A stretch of 33,702 nt of DNA from Planctomycetales bacterium (GTDB lineage: Bacteria > 4484-113), in NCBI GenBank assembly GCA_037445915.1, contig JBBIJQ010000021.1, forward strand, positions 1 through 33,702. The letters run 5' to 3'. The notes beneath the pieces were generated by a model. It was not told where the DNA came from. It searched no databases and was given only the letters and a program-made list of their open reading frames with translations. The position numbers and the translations under genes were made by a program. Shown here piece after piece: positions 1 to 7,335 of this stretch. How positions within the stretch are numbered: the stretch's first letter is position 1; every line of letters begins with the position of its first letter.

Positions 1-66
1 TAAGACCTGACGAGTACGCCGGGCTAACCAACCTGGCTATGAGAATCTCAATTGACGAAATTCTCC

Positions 67-91
67 GTAGGCCAGGCTTCAGCCTGGCTCT
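67..91 (+). repeat. REP-like GTAG hairpin
   Basis: GTAG-GCCAGGC-TTCA-GCCTGGC-TCT: perfect 7-bp stem after GTAG, same layout as the elements at 6903-7059. Confidence 0.6.
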
Positions 92-126
92 TTAACGAAT
101 GAGCCAGCCAACGCAGCTTGAGGATG

Positions 127-984
127 CTAGAGATACCGCTCAACAAGATAGTTGATGTAATCGCGGTGCTCAGTCTCATCTTGATGCTTTTCCGCGAGTC
201 GAATGATTAGCTCCTGCCACGTGATGGCCTGGAATCCAACCTTATCCTTTTCTAAAATGCTGGAAAAGCGCTCAATTTCCCGTTGGTGCTGAGTCCCGTC
301 GCTAAACGGTGCGTCATACAATAAATAAACCAAACGGAATTTGCTGCCGAATGCGTATCGAAGACCGAGAATATGTTTGATGAGTTGTGCAGGATGAAGA
401 TGATGAAAGTCTTTGTCGTCGGGCGAGATTGACTTGGCGAATTTGTAAAGTGATGGTAGGCCCTCCCAAAACTCACGGTGATTTATATAAGGTGCGCGAA
501 GGCCTGAATGCTTTCTGCTTGAGTAGGCTTCTGAAAACTTAGACTCTACTCCGACTGCATAATTCTTGTAGCTGAAAAATACATCTAGGTTTGGATCATG
601 GGGGAATTCACTACGATTTACATTGTCCATGATTGGCAGCTGCTTTTCAAAGCTCATACCGGTCAATCCGGCAGTCGGGATCTTCAACGCTTGGGCTATC
701 AACTCAATCTTGTTTGTAGAATGCCAGTGAGCAAACCCATTAACCGCTAATGCTGAAGATGAATGTACTGCTTGCATTTTATCCGGTTGTTTGCCTTTGA
801 GTTCTCCTCCGTCGGCAGCTTGATACTCGTCTCGAATTGCTTTGGACAGAGGAACAATGAGGTTGGTGTTCAAGTCTTTCGTGTAGGCTTTCTCTCCTCT
901 TTCTCCCGCGCTTCCAATTAAATCCATTTTCCGGCTCTTGGCCCAGAGTTTCTGACGCTGTTTAATGTATTCCGCCGATTTCAC
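127..984 (-). CDS. Putative PD-(D/E)xK restriction endonuclease-like protein (PGN_0703-like family)
   Basis: ORF 127..1020; likely start GTG at 984 after GGGGAGGG SD. Motifs HSSSALAVNGF, FEKQL, PNLDV...VESKFSE (D...ExK), QLIKH. Spot GC counts 42-47% versus ~65% in trmD. Confidence 0.7.
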   Translation of the reverse strand: MKSAEYIKQRQKLWAKSRKMDLIGSAGERGEKAYTKDLNTNLIVPLSKAIRDEYQAADGGELKGKQPDKMQAVHSSSALAVNGFAHWHSTNKIELIAQALKIPTAGLTGMSFEKQLPIMDNVNRSEFPHDPNLDVFFSYKNYAVGVESKFSEAYSSRKHSGLRAPYINHREFWEGLPSLYKFAKSISPDDKDFHHLHPAQLIKHILGLRYAFGSKFRLVYLLYDAPFSDGTQHQREIERFSSILEKDKVGFQAITWQELIIRLAEKHQDETEHRDYINYLVERYL

Positions 985-1083
985 GGTAACCCTCCCCAAA
1001 AAATAATGAGTTTGCTTCATCGCCGATGAGGCTGGTTATAGCAACCCTCTCGCGAATAATTATACCCTCCTCCCCCAATCTTG

Positions 1084-1089
1084 TAGAAT
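1084..1089 (+). promoter_or_regulatory. -10 element (TAGAAT) 6 nt before trmD GTG; leaderless-type start
   Basis: TAGAAT-ATCCCC-GTG with no SD upstream of the start codon. Confidence 0.5.
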
Positions 1090-1095
1090 ATCCCC

Positions 1096-1830
1096 GTGGA
1101 GTTCGTGGTTATCACAATCTTCCCGGAGCTGGTGGAGCAGGTGTTCGCGCACGGCATCCTTCGCCGCTCGGTGGAAAGCGGGCGCGTGACATACCGGCTC
1201 GTTGACCCGCGCGACTACACCACCGACCGCCACCGCACCGTTGACGACGTCGCATACGGCGGGCGGCCCGGCATGGTGATGATGTGCGAGCCCATCTTCG
1301 CCGCGATGGAGTCGCTGGAAGCGCAGGGCGCGCTCATGCCCTCCCGCCGCTTCGTTTACCTCACGCCCGCAGGCCGCGTGCTTGACGCGCAACTTGCGGA
1401 GCACCTCGCGGGCAACGGCCAGCTCATCCTCCTCGCCGGGCGCTACGAGGGCGTTGACCAGCGCGTGATAGACACATTCGCGCAGGAGCAGGTCTCCATC
1501 GGCGACTACGTCATCTCCGGCGGCGAGCTTGCGGCGATGGTGCTCATGGACGCGGTGGCGCGGTTCATCCCCGGCGTGGTGGGCGACGGGCGCAGCGTGC
1601 AGCAAGACAGCTTCAACGCTGGGCTGCTTGACCACCCCCATTACACGCGCCCGGCGGATTTTCGGGGAATGAAGGTGCCGGACGTGCTGCTTTCCGGCAA
1701 CCACGCCGAGATTGAGAAGTGGCGGCGGGAGCAATCTGAACAAATCACGAAGCGCAACCGTCCTGATTTGTGGCGGCGCCGCCAGGCGGACAAGGCCGGC
1801 CTGCCGGACGGGCACTTGCCGGAAGACTAA
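1096..1830 (+). CDS. trmD: tRNA (guanine-N1)-methyltransferase TrmD
   Basis: Motifs TIFPE, VDDxxYGG, GRYEGVDQR, SIGDYVISGGE, LLDHPHYTRP, VPDVLLSGNH; upstream of rplS. Confidence 0.98.
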   Translation: MEFVVITIFPELVEQVFAHGILRRSVESGRVTYRLVDPRDYTTDRHRTVDDVAYGGRPGMVMMCEPIFAAMESLEAQGALMPSRRFVYLTPAGRVLDAQLAEHLAGNGQLILLAGRYEGVDQRVIDTFAQEQVSIGDYVISGGELAAMVLMDAVARFIPGVVGDGRSVQQDSFNAGLLDHPHYTRPADFRGMKVPDVLLSGNHAEIEKWRREQSEQITKRNRPDLWRRRQADKAGLPDGHLPED

Positions 1831-1843
1831 AATCGGCTATAAT
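1816..1843 (+). promoter_or_regulatory. Sigma70-type promoter for rplS-lepB
   Basis: TTGCCG (1816-1821), 16-nt spacer, TATAAT (1838-1843); GGAG SD at 1863-1866 before ATG 1874. Confidence 0.55.
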
Positions 1844-1873
1844 GCTCGTTCCGTTTTTATCTGGAGTCCGAAT

Positions 1874-2308
1874 ATGAGCTGTAAACCTGAAATCGCGAAC
1901 TACGAAAAGATAATGCTCAAGGCGCCGGGCGAGGTGCCCGACATCCTCCCCGGCGACACGGTGCGCGTCCACATTAACTTCTACGAAGAAAAGAAGGGCG
2001 AAGTCGGCACCAAGAAGATCCACCGCATCGCCGCCAAGGGCAAGCTTGACCGCGGCGAGGTGAAGGTGGAGCGCGTGCAGGTATTTGAGGGCACGGTCAT
2101 TGGCGTCAAAGGCTTTGGCTCCAACCTTAAGTTCACAGTCCGCAAGCTTGCGAGCGGCGTCGGCGTTGAAAAGACCTTTTTCGCGCATTCCCGCCGCATT
2201 AATAGGATTGAGATTATGCGCCACGCCGTGGTGCGCCGCGCGAAGCTCAACTTCCTGCGCGATCGCGTCGGCAAGGCGACTCGCCTGCGCGAAAAACGCA
2301 CTAAGTAA
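1874..2308 (+). CDS. rplS: 50S ribosomal protein L19 (bL19) with internal basic insertion
   Basis: PGDTVRVH, ERVQVFEGTVI, FTVRK..SGVGVEKTF, VRRAKLxxLR..GKA; start reassigned to ATG 1874 (SD GGAG). Confidence 0.96.
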   Translation: MSCKPEIANYEKIMLKAPGEVPDILPGDTVRVHINFYEEKKGEVGTKKIHRIAAKGKLDRGEVKVERVQVFEGTVIGVKGFGSNLKFTVRKLASGVGVEKTFFAHSRRINRIEIMRHAVVRRAKLNFLRDRVGKATRLREKRTK

Positions 2309-2310
2309 CT

Positions 2311-3150
2311 ATGGCAAGAACAATCGCTAAAGTGCGCTCAGAAAGAATCGCGGAAATAACCTTTGATTCCCAGCGCATCAAAGCCGACGGCCGAAGCTCC
2401 TGCGAAGTTCGCATCCGCCTGCATCCCGGCGACGACGCGCCCCTCGCGCTGCGCATAACCGCGGGAAGCTTTGACCGCGACCGCAGCGTGCGCGAGACGA
2501 CGCCCATCCCCGCAAACGGCGTGATAACTTTTCGCATCTTCGCGCCGCGCATCCCCCGAAGCGGCTTTCTGCTCGCCGAGGGATTGAGGGCGCCGCTGCA
2601 GTTTTCTCCCGCGAGCATAACGCACTACCTCGCGTTTGACCTCATCCCGACGCTTTTCTTCGCGATAGTTTTCGCGCTCATCATCCGCAGCTTCGCCGTC
2701 GCCAGCTTCTATATCCCCAGCGGCAGCATGGAGCCGACGCTATTGGAGCACGACCGCCTCATCGCCGACCGCTTCAGCTACACCTTCCGCGTGCGCCAGC
2801 CGGAGCGCGGAGACGTCGTCATATTCCGCTTTCCCGAAAACCCGCGCATTGATTACATTAAGCGCGTCATAGGCTTGCCGGGCGACAAGGTGTCCATCTA
2901 CGACGGCGAAGTATTCGTTAACGGCAAGCCTTTGGCAGAGGACTATGTCGCCGAGCCGCCGTATTACGAGATGGAAGAAGTGGCAGTCCCCTTGGGGATG
3001 TATTTCGTCCTAGGCGACAACCGCAACTGCAGCCGCGATTCGCACATTTGGGGCTTCGTCCCCGCGAAGAACCTCGTAGGCGAAGCGCTGTTCATCTACT
3101 GGCCCGTCCAGCGCGCCCAAGTCCTCCACAACCCCTTCCAGGGCGAGTAA
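2311..3150 (+). CDS. lepB: Signal peptidase I with ~100-aa N-terminal extension
   Basis: Single TM helix then SGSMEPTL (catalytic Ser), RGDVVIF, YIKRVIGLPGD (catalytic Lys), GDNRxxSxDS; ATG 2 nt after the rplS stop. Confidence 0.95.
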   Translation: MARTIAKVRSERIAEITFDSQRIKADGRSSCEVRIRLHPGDDAPLALRITAGSFDRDRSVRETTPIPANGVITFRIFAPRIPRSGFLLAEGLRAPLQFSPASITHYLAFDLIPTLFFAIVFALIIRSFAVASFYIPSGSMEPTLLEHDRLIADRFSYTFRVRQPERGDVVIFRFPENPRIDYIKRVIGLPGDKVSIYDGEVFVNGKPLAEDYVAEPPYYEMEEVAVPLGMYFVLGDNRNCSRDSHIWGFVPAKNLVGEALFIYWPVQRAQVLHNPFQGE

Positions 3151-3963
3151 CTACTCCAGCCTCATGACGCGCGCGAGGTAATCCAGCGCGAGGGTGGTGC
3201 GGTAGCCGTACCAGCTCGTCATGGCGCCTTCAATCTTGTAAAGGCCGTCGTGCGCGACGCACGGCAGGCACGGGAACTTCGCGGCGAACTCGCCGATGTC
3301 CTCGTAGGTGAAGCGGTGCGGCTCGTCGGGGAACAGCACGGCCTCCGGCGAAGCCTCGCAGATGAACTCGTCGTCGGCGATGGCGAAGCGCAGGTCCGAG
3401 CGAGGCGCAACAGGCTCTAGCCCAGCCTGCACCAGCAAGTCGTAGATGTAACTCCCCTGCGTCGGCGCAAGGTACGGCTCCTTCCACACCAAATGCAGCA
3501 CGCGGTGAAATGCATACCCCGCCGAAGCCTTCTGCGCGCGCTTCACTGCGGCAGGTATTTTCGCCGCAAGCTTCTGCGCAGTCTTGTCATGCCCCGTGAG
3601 CACGCCGAGGTCAACGATAAGCTCGCCCGCCTGCGCCACGCTGTCCACCGCCGACACGTGCACCGGCGCAATGCCGCGCAGCTCAGCGATGTCTTCCTCG
3701 CGGTTGTCGTCGCGGCCGCAAAGTATGAGGTCGGGGCGCAAGTCGCGGATGCGGTCAATATCGGGCTTGCGCGTTTCGCCGACGTGCGGCTTTTTTTTGT
3801 AAAGCTCCCACGGGCGCTCGCAAAACTTGGTGATGCCAACGATTTGCCGCTGCGCGCCGATGTAAAAAAGCGTCTCGGTGACGCTCGGCACGAGGCTCAC
3901 GATGCGCCGCGCCGGCCGCTCCAGGCGCACGATGCCGCACATGCTTTCCGCCTGCACTCCCAT
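3151..3963 (-). CDS. Helical-backbone metal receptor (BtuF/TroA-like ABC substrate-binding fold), no signal peptide
   Basis: RIVSLVPSVTETL, VGITKFC, KPDIDRI..LRPDLI motifs of cobalamin/Fe-complex binding proteins. Confidence 0.85.
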   Translation of the reverse strand: MGVQAESMCGIVRLERPARRIVSLVPSVTETLFYIGAQRQIVGITKFCERPWELYKKKPHVGETRKPDIDRIRDLRPDLILCGRDDNREEDIAELRGIAPVHVSAVDSVAQAGELIVDLGVLTGHDKTAQKLAAKIPAAVKRAQKASAGYAFHRVLHLVWKEPYLAPTQGSYIYDLLVQAGLEPVAPRSDLRFAIADDEFICEASPEAVLFPDEPHRFTYEDIGEFAAKFPCLPCVAHDGLYKIEGAMTSWYGYRTTLALDYLARVMRLE

Positions 3964-3966
3964 CGC

Positions 3967-4653
3967 TTATTCCGCCGTGAGCACGCGCGTCTCCATCCCG
4001 CGCGCTGACGCGTGCTTGCGCGAAAGTTCGCACCATTGCTGCAGTATCGCCTCCATCTGCGCCTCGCTGGTGAGGCTGGGGTGGCTGTAAACGACGGCGA
4101 CGGCGGACTGCGTTTCCGGCGCGAGCTTGGCGAACTGCGAGTCTTTTATCGGGCTGCCCATCGCGCGCGATTCGCCTTCGGTTGCGTCGGCGGCGACAAT
4201 GAGCCCTGTGAGGTCAAGCTCCTGCCCGCTTTGGTTGAACACGTAGCTTTCCTTTTCGCGCCCAAGCCTAATCTCAAGCGCGCCCTGGAACTTCCCCGCG
4301 TCAAGCACGGTCATGGGCAGGAAGTGGCGCAGCGACAGCAAATTGTTGATGTCCACGAGGTTGTTGATGTATTTGAATTCGCGCGTTTCAATGAGGTCGC
4401 GGATGAGGTATTCGCTCGCGGGGCGGTTGCGGCCGCTCGGCTTGAACCCGCCCTGGCGCAGCAGCGCGCGCACGCCCTTCACGAACGCATCGGGCATGTC
4501 CACACCGCGCGCGAGGTAGTCGCCGCAAAGCTGCGATATCTCGTCAAGCAGCGCCGGCGGCGCGTCGGCCATGGCCACTTCGGCGAAATGCGCCACGCCA
4601 AGCCGCGCCGCATACCCCTGCGGCAACTCCACGCGAATATCCTTCATCTCCAC
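3967..4653 (-). CDS. Free-standing B3/B4 domain protein (PheRS beta editing-domain homolog)
   Basis: GFKPSGRNRPASEYL, INNLVDINNLLSL, IRLGRE.ESY, GSPIKDS motifs. Confidence 0.88.
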   Translation of the reverse strand: MEMKDIRVELPQGYAARLGVAHFAEVAMADAPPALLDEISQLCGDYLARGVDMPDAFVKGVRALLRQGGFKPSGRNRPASEYLIRDLIETREFKYINNLVDINNLLSLRHFLPMTVLDAGKFQGALEIRLGREKESYVFNQSGQELDLTGLIVAADATEGESRAMGSPIKDSQFAKLAPETQSAVAVVYSHPSLTSEAQMEAILQQWCELSRKHASARGMETRVLTAE

Positions 4654-4659
4654 GCGAGG

Positions 4660-4668
4660 ATTTTATCA
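4660..4668 (-). promoter_or_regulatory. Extended -10 promoter (TGA-TAAAAT) 6 nt before GTG; leaderless-type start
   Basis: Minus strand TGATAAAAT-CCTCGC-GTG; no SD. Confidence 0.55.
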
Positions 4669-4694
4669 CGCCCGCGCTTTTCAAAAATCCCCGT

Positions 4695-4791
4695 GTAGGC
4701 GGCACCAGCCGAAGGCTGGTAAGCCTGGAGGTTACGCGCGTTGCGCGCCGACACTCCTGTTCTTGCGGCGGCCCACAGGTGGCCGCCCTAC
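4695..4791. repeat. Inverted pair of REP-like GTAG hairpins
   Basis: Plus strand GTAGGCGGC-ACCAGCC-GAA-GGCTGGT (4695-4720); minus strand GTAG-GGCGGCC-ACCTGTG-GGCCGCC (4791-4767). Confidence 0.65.
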
Positions 4792-4797
4792 AGCAGA

Positions 4798-5784
4798 TTA
4801 CCTCTGCCCCAGCACTTCCCGCATCTTCGCCGCGGCGTTCTCCGCCGTGAGGCCGGCGAGGGCGAGCAGCTCATCAGGCTTGCCGCTTTGCAGGTATGTG
4901 TCGGGGATGCCCATTACGCGCATGGGGACGCGCACGTCGTTGTCGGCGAGCACGCGCGCGACGACCGAGCCCAGGCCTCCGTAGATGCTGTGCTCCTCCA
5001 TCGTCACGACCGCGCCGCACTCCTTCGCCGCCGCGCAAATCTCCGCCACGTTTATCGGCTTGAGCGTGTGCACGTTCACGACGCGGCAATACTTCCCTTC
5101 CTCCGCGAGCATCTCCGCCGCCTTCACCGCGCGCGAGAGCATCAGCCCGCAGGCGAAGAACACGCCGTCGCCGCCGCCGATGATTTCCAGCGTGTGCGCG
5201 GGGTCAAAGGGCGTGGCTTCGCTCGTGACGGTGGGCACCTTCTCGCGCCCGAGGCGGAAGTAAAGCGGCCCATCGTAAGTGGGCGCCCACGCCATCATCC
5301 TGCGCGTTTCCCAGTAATCGGCAGGGACGATGACCGTCATGTTCACGAGCGACAGCATATTGCCGAGGTCTTCCATGCTCTGGTGCGAGCAGCCGTCAAG
5401 GCCGACGCTGATGCCGCCGTGCGCCGCCGCGACCTTCACGTTCAGGCGCGAGTAGTCAACCGTGTTGCGTATCTGGTCCCACGCGCGGCCCGCGAGGAAT
5501 ATCGCGTAGCTGCTCATAAATGGTATGTAGCCGAATGTGGACATGCCCGCCGCGGTCGTTATCATGTCCTGCTCGGCGATGCCGCATTCCACGAACCGCT
5601 CGGGAAACTTGTCGCGGAAGTATTTGGTGAGCGTGCTTTCCGAGAGGTCCGCGTCCAGCACGGCGATGTTCTCGTTTTTCTCGCCAAGCTCCACCAGCAT
5701 CTCGCCGTAAGCCTGGCGCGTGAGCACCATCTCCCACTTGTCCGAAGGCAGCGCGCCATTTTTGTATTCTATTTTCGCGCTCAT
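4798..5784 (-). CDS. Transketolase, C-terminal subunit (pyrimidine-binding plus C-terminal domain)
   Basis: LDADL, ERFVECGIAEQ, GxDGxSHQ, EEHSIYGGLGS motifs; 4-nt overlap with the N-terminal subunit gene. Confidence 0.95.
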   Translation of the reverse strand: MSAKIEYKNGALPSDKWEMVLTRQAYGEMLVELGEKNENIAVLDADLSESTLTKYFRDKFPERFVECGIAEQDMITTAAGMSTFGYIPFMSSYAIFLAGRAWDQIRNTVDYSRLNVKVAAAHGGISVGLDGCSHQSMEDLGNMLSLVNMTVIVPADYWETRRMMAWAPTYDGPLYFRLGREKVPTVTSEATPFDPAHTLEIIGGGDGVFFACGLMLSRAVKAAEMLAEEGKYCRVVNVHTLKPINVAEICAAAKECGAVVTMEEHSIYGGLGSVVARVLADNDVRVPMRVMGIPDTYLQSGKPDELLALAGLTAENAAAKMREVLGQR

Positions 5785-6704
5785 TTCGCACCTCCCGCGC
5801 TGCTGTATTCGCGCGGGCCCATCGCGGCGCGCGCCTCGTCAACGGAATTGTAGTCGTAGCCAAGCTCTTTGAGCATAACCATCAACTCGTCTTCTTTCGG
5901 CGGGCGGCCGTGCCAGCCGGGGATGTTCTCAAACGTGGGGCAGCCCTTCATCATCACCGTCTTCCACAGGATTACCGTGGGCTTGCCGCATCCCTTCCCG
6001 CGCGACGGCGTGCCGGATAGCGCCTCGTCCCACGTGCGCACGACTTCGTCCATGTCGTGCCCGTTGGCGGTTAGGACGCGCCAGCGGAACGCCTCAAACT
6101 TGTCCGCCAGCGGGTCAATGCCCTTCACGTTTTCCACGTAGCCGTCAATCTGCGCATTGTTCCAGTCCACGCTCAAGACGAGGTTGTCAGTCTTGCGGTG
6201 GCCGGCGTGCATGATGGCTTCCCAGATGTTGCCCTCCTGGATCTCGCCGTCTCCGCAGTTGCAGAAGACATTGATGCTGGGCTTGCCGCGCATTCGTGCG
6301 CCAAGCGCCATGCCGTGCGAGACGGATAGCCCCTGGCCCAGCGAGCCAGTTGATACTTCAATGCCGGGGAGCGAAGTGCGGCTAGGGTGGCCCTGCAAGC
6401 GCGAGTTGAGGTGGCGGAAAGTGAGCATGTAGCCCCGGTTGAAGTAGCCCCTGTGCGCCATCAGCGCGTAGTTGATGGACGAGCAGTGGCCGTTGCTCAT
6501 TATAAAGCGGTCGCGCCCGGGCCAAGACGTGTCGGCAGGGTCAATGTTCAGGTAGTTCATCCATAGCGCCGTGAGGTAGTCTGCCGCGGACAACGGGCCG
6601 CCGGGGTGGCCGCTCGCGGCGAGCTGCACCATCACGAGCACGTCGTGCCTTATGTTCCGCGCGGTCTCCCGCAGCTCGTCTACGTTCATATTCAGCGTTG
6701 GCAT
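5781..6704 (-). CDS. Transketolase, N-terminal (TPP-binding) subunit
   Basis: SGHPGG, RDRFIMSNGH, LQGHP, STGSLGQG, GDGE..EG...NN TPP motif; start reassigned to ATG 6704 after AAGGAGG. Confidence 0.95.
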   Translation of the reverse strand: MPTLNMNVDELRETARNIRHDVLVMVQLAASGHPGGPLSAADYLTALWMNYLNIDPADTSWPGRDRFIMSNGHCSSINYALMAHRGYFNRGYMLTFRHLNSRLQGHPSRTSLPGIEVSTGSLGQGLSVSHGMALGARMRGKPSINVFCNCGDGEIQEGNIWEAIMHAGHRKTDNLVLSVDWNNAQIDGYVENVKGIDPLADKFEAFRWRVLTANGHDMDEVVRTWDEALSGTPSRGKGCGKPTVILWKTVMMKGCPTFENIPGWHGRPPKEDELMVMLKELGYDYNSVDEARAAMGPREYSSAGGAK

Positions 6705-6762
6705 CGCGCCTCCTTGCAGGCGCTTCGCGCCCGCTACAAGCCTTAAGATGGGAAGTCCCGCC

Positions 6763-6771
6763 ATTCTACCA
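6763..6771 (-). promoter_or_regulatory. Extended -10 promoter for transketolase genes
   Basis: Minus strand TGG-TAGAAT about 60 nt upstream of ATG 6704. Confidence 0.45.
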
Positions 6772-6819
6772 AATCCCGCGCCGCCGTAGAAGGTGGAAGC
6801 CCGGCTTTTGCTTCTGATA

Positions 6820-6875
6820 GTAGCGCGGGCGACTCGCCTGTTCGTTTAGCAGCACAAGCGAGACGCATGTGCCAC
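6820..6875. repeat. Inverted pair of REP-like hairpins
   Basis: Plus GTAG-CG-CGGGCGA-C-TCGCCTG (6820-6840); minus GTGG-CACATGCG-TCT-CGCTTGTG (6875-6853). Confidence 0.55.
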
Positions 6876-6902
6876 CTTCCAGATTTCAGATTCCGAAACC
6901 CA

Positions 6903-7059
6903 GAATCCAGACGGCGGGGCACAGGTCCCCGCCCTTCAGCAGAATCCAGAGCCACACTTAAGTGCGGCCTACGGGGAGAAGGAGATTCCAGAGCGGCGTT
7001 GAAACGCCGCCTACAAGTGGGATGAAGATTCTAGAGCGGCGCTGGTCTGCACCGCCTAC
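6903..7059 (-). repeat. Tandem array of four REP-like units (G[T/A]AG-hairpin-TCT[G/A]GA[A/T]TC)
   Basis: Plus-strand anchors GAATCCAGA 6903, GAATCCAGA 6942, GATTCCAGA 6984, GATTCTAGA 7027 (spacing 39/42/43), each followed by a different 7-8 bp hairpin and CTTC/CTAC. Confidence 0.75.
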
Positions 7060-7080
7060 CCGTTGTTGATTACCTTTGTG

Positions 7081-7157
7081 AACTCTAAACTCCCAACTCT
7101 CAATCCTGGAACCCCATCTACCATCTACGAGCTACCACTCCGGCCTTACCCCTTACC
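7081..7157. repeat. Degenerate heptamer tandem repeat (11 units)
   Basis: AACTCTA AACTCCC AACTCTC AATCCTG GAACCCC ATCTACC ATCTACG AGCTACC ACTCCGG CCTTACC CCTTACC. Confidence 0.6.
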
Positions 7158-7169
7158 CCTGCCGAAGGC

Positions 7170-7214
7170 AGCCCGCCTGCGACGAGCTCAGCCGAGGCGA
7201 GCTTGTCGAGGGCT
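7170..7214. repeat. Long imperfect palindrome (second REP-like type)
   Basis: AGCCC...CGACGAGCTC (7180-7189) pairs with GAGCTTGTCG (7199-7208)...GGGCT. Confidence 0.5.
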
Positions 7215-7274
7215 TGCCCCTCTTTCCTCACCGCCCGCCTGCAAGCCCCGCGCCGATGCGCCAGTAGGGGTTAA

Positions 7275-7304
7275 TTGACTAGAGGGCTGCTTAGTTGATA
7301 GACT
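7275..7304 (+). promoter_or_regulatory. Sigma70-type promoter for lipoprotein gene
   Basis: TTGACT (7275-7280), 18-nt spacer ending in TGA, TAGACT (7299-7304). Confidence 0.55.
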
Positions 7305-7335
7305 CAATGCGGATTCCAAGGGGGTTTCAAACAAG

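Noticed and set aside
3..95. Open frame from the window edge (RPDEYAGLTNLAMRISIDEILRRPGFSLAL*), possible 3' end of an upstream gene
   Set aside because: Only 30 codons, no recognisable motif, and it overlaps a REP-like hairpin; cannot be supported.
1060..1815. 251-aa minus-strand ORF
   Set aside because: Antisense shadow of trmD, typical of GC-rich codon bias.
3791..3798. T8 homopolymer in the BtuF-like gene as a phase-variation site
   Set aside because: Encodes Lys-Lys-Lys in an intact frame; too short and isolated to claim.
4741..5853. 370-aa plus-strand ORF
   Set aside because: Antisense to the transketolase C-terminal subunit; no motifs.
6903..7059. CRISPR array or integron attC interpretation of the ~41-nt periodic units
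   Set aside because: Constant parts are only 4 and 9 nt, the variable parts are self-complementary, there are no cas or integrase genes and no RYYYAAC/GTTRRRY ends.
6743..7278. Short ORFs (70-71 aa) in the repeat-rich intergenic region
   Set aside because: They are translations of hairpin and heptamer repeats with no SD or protein-like features.
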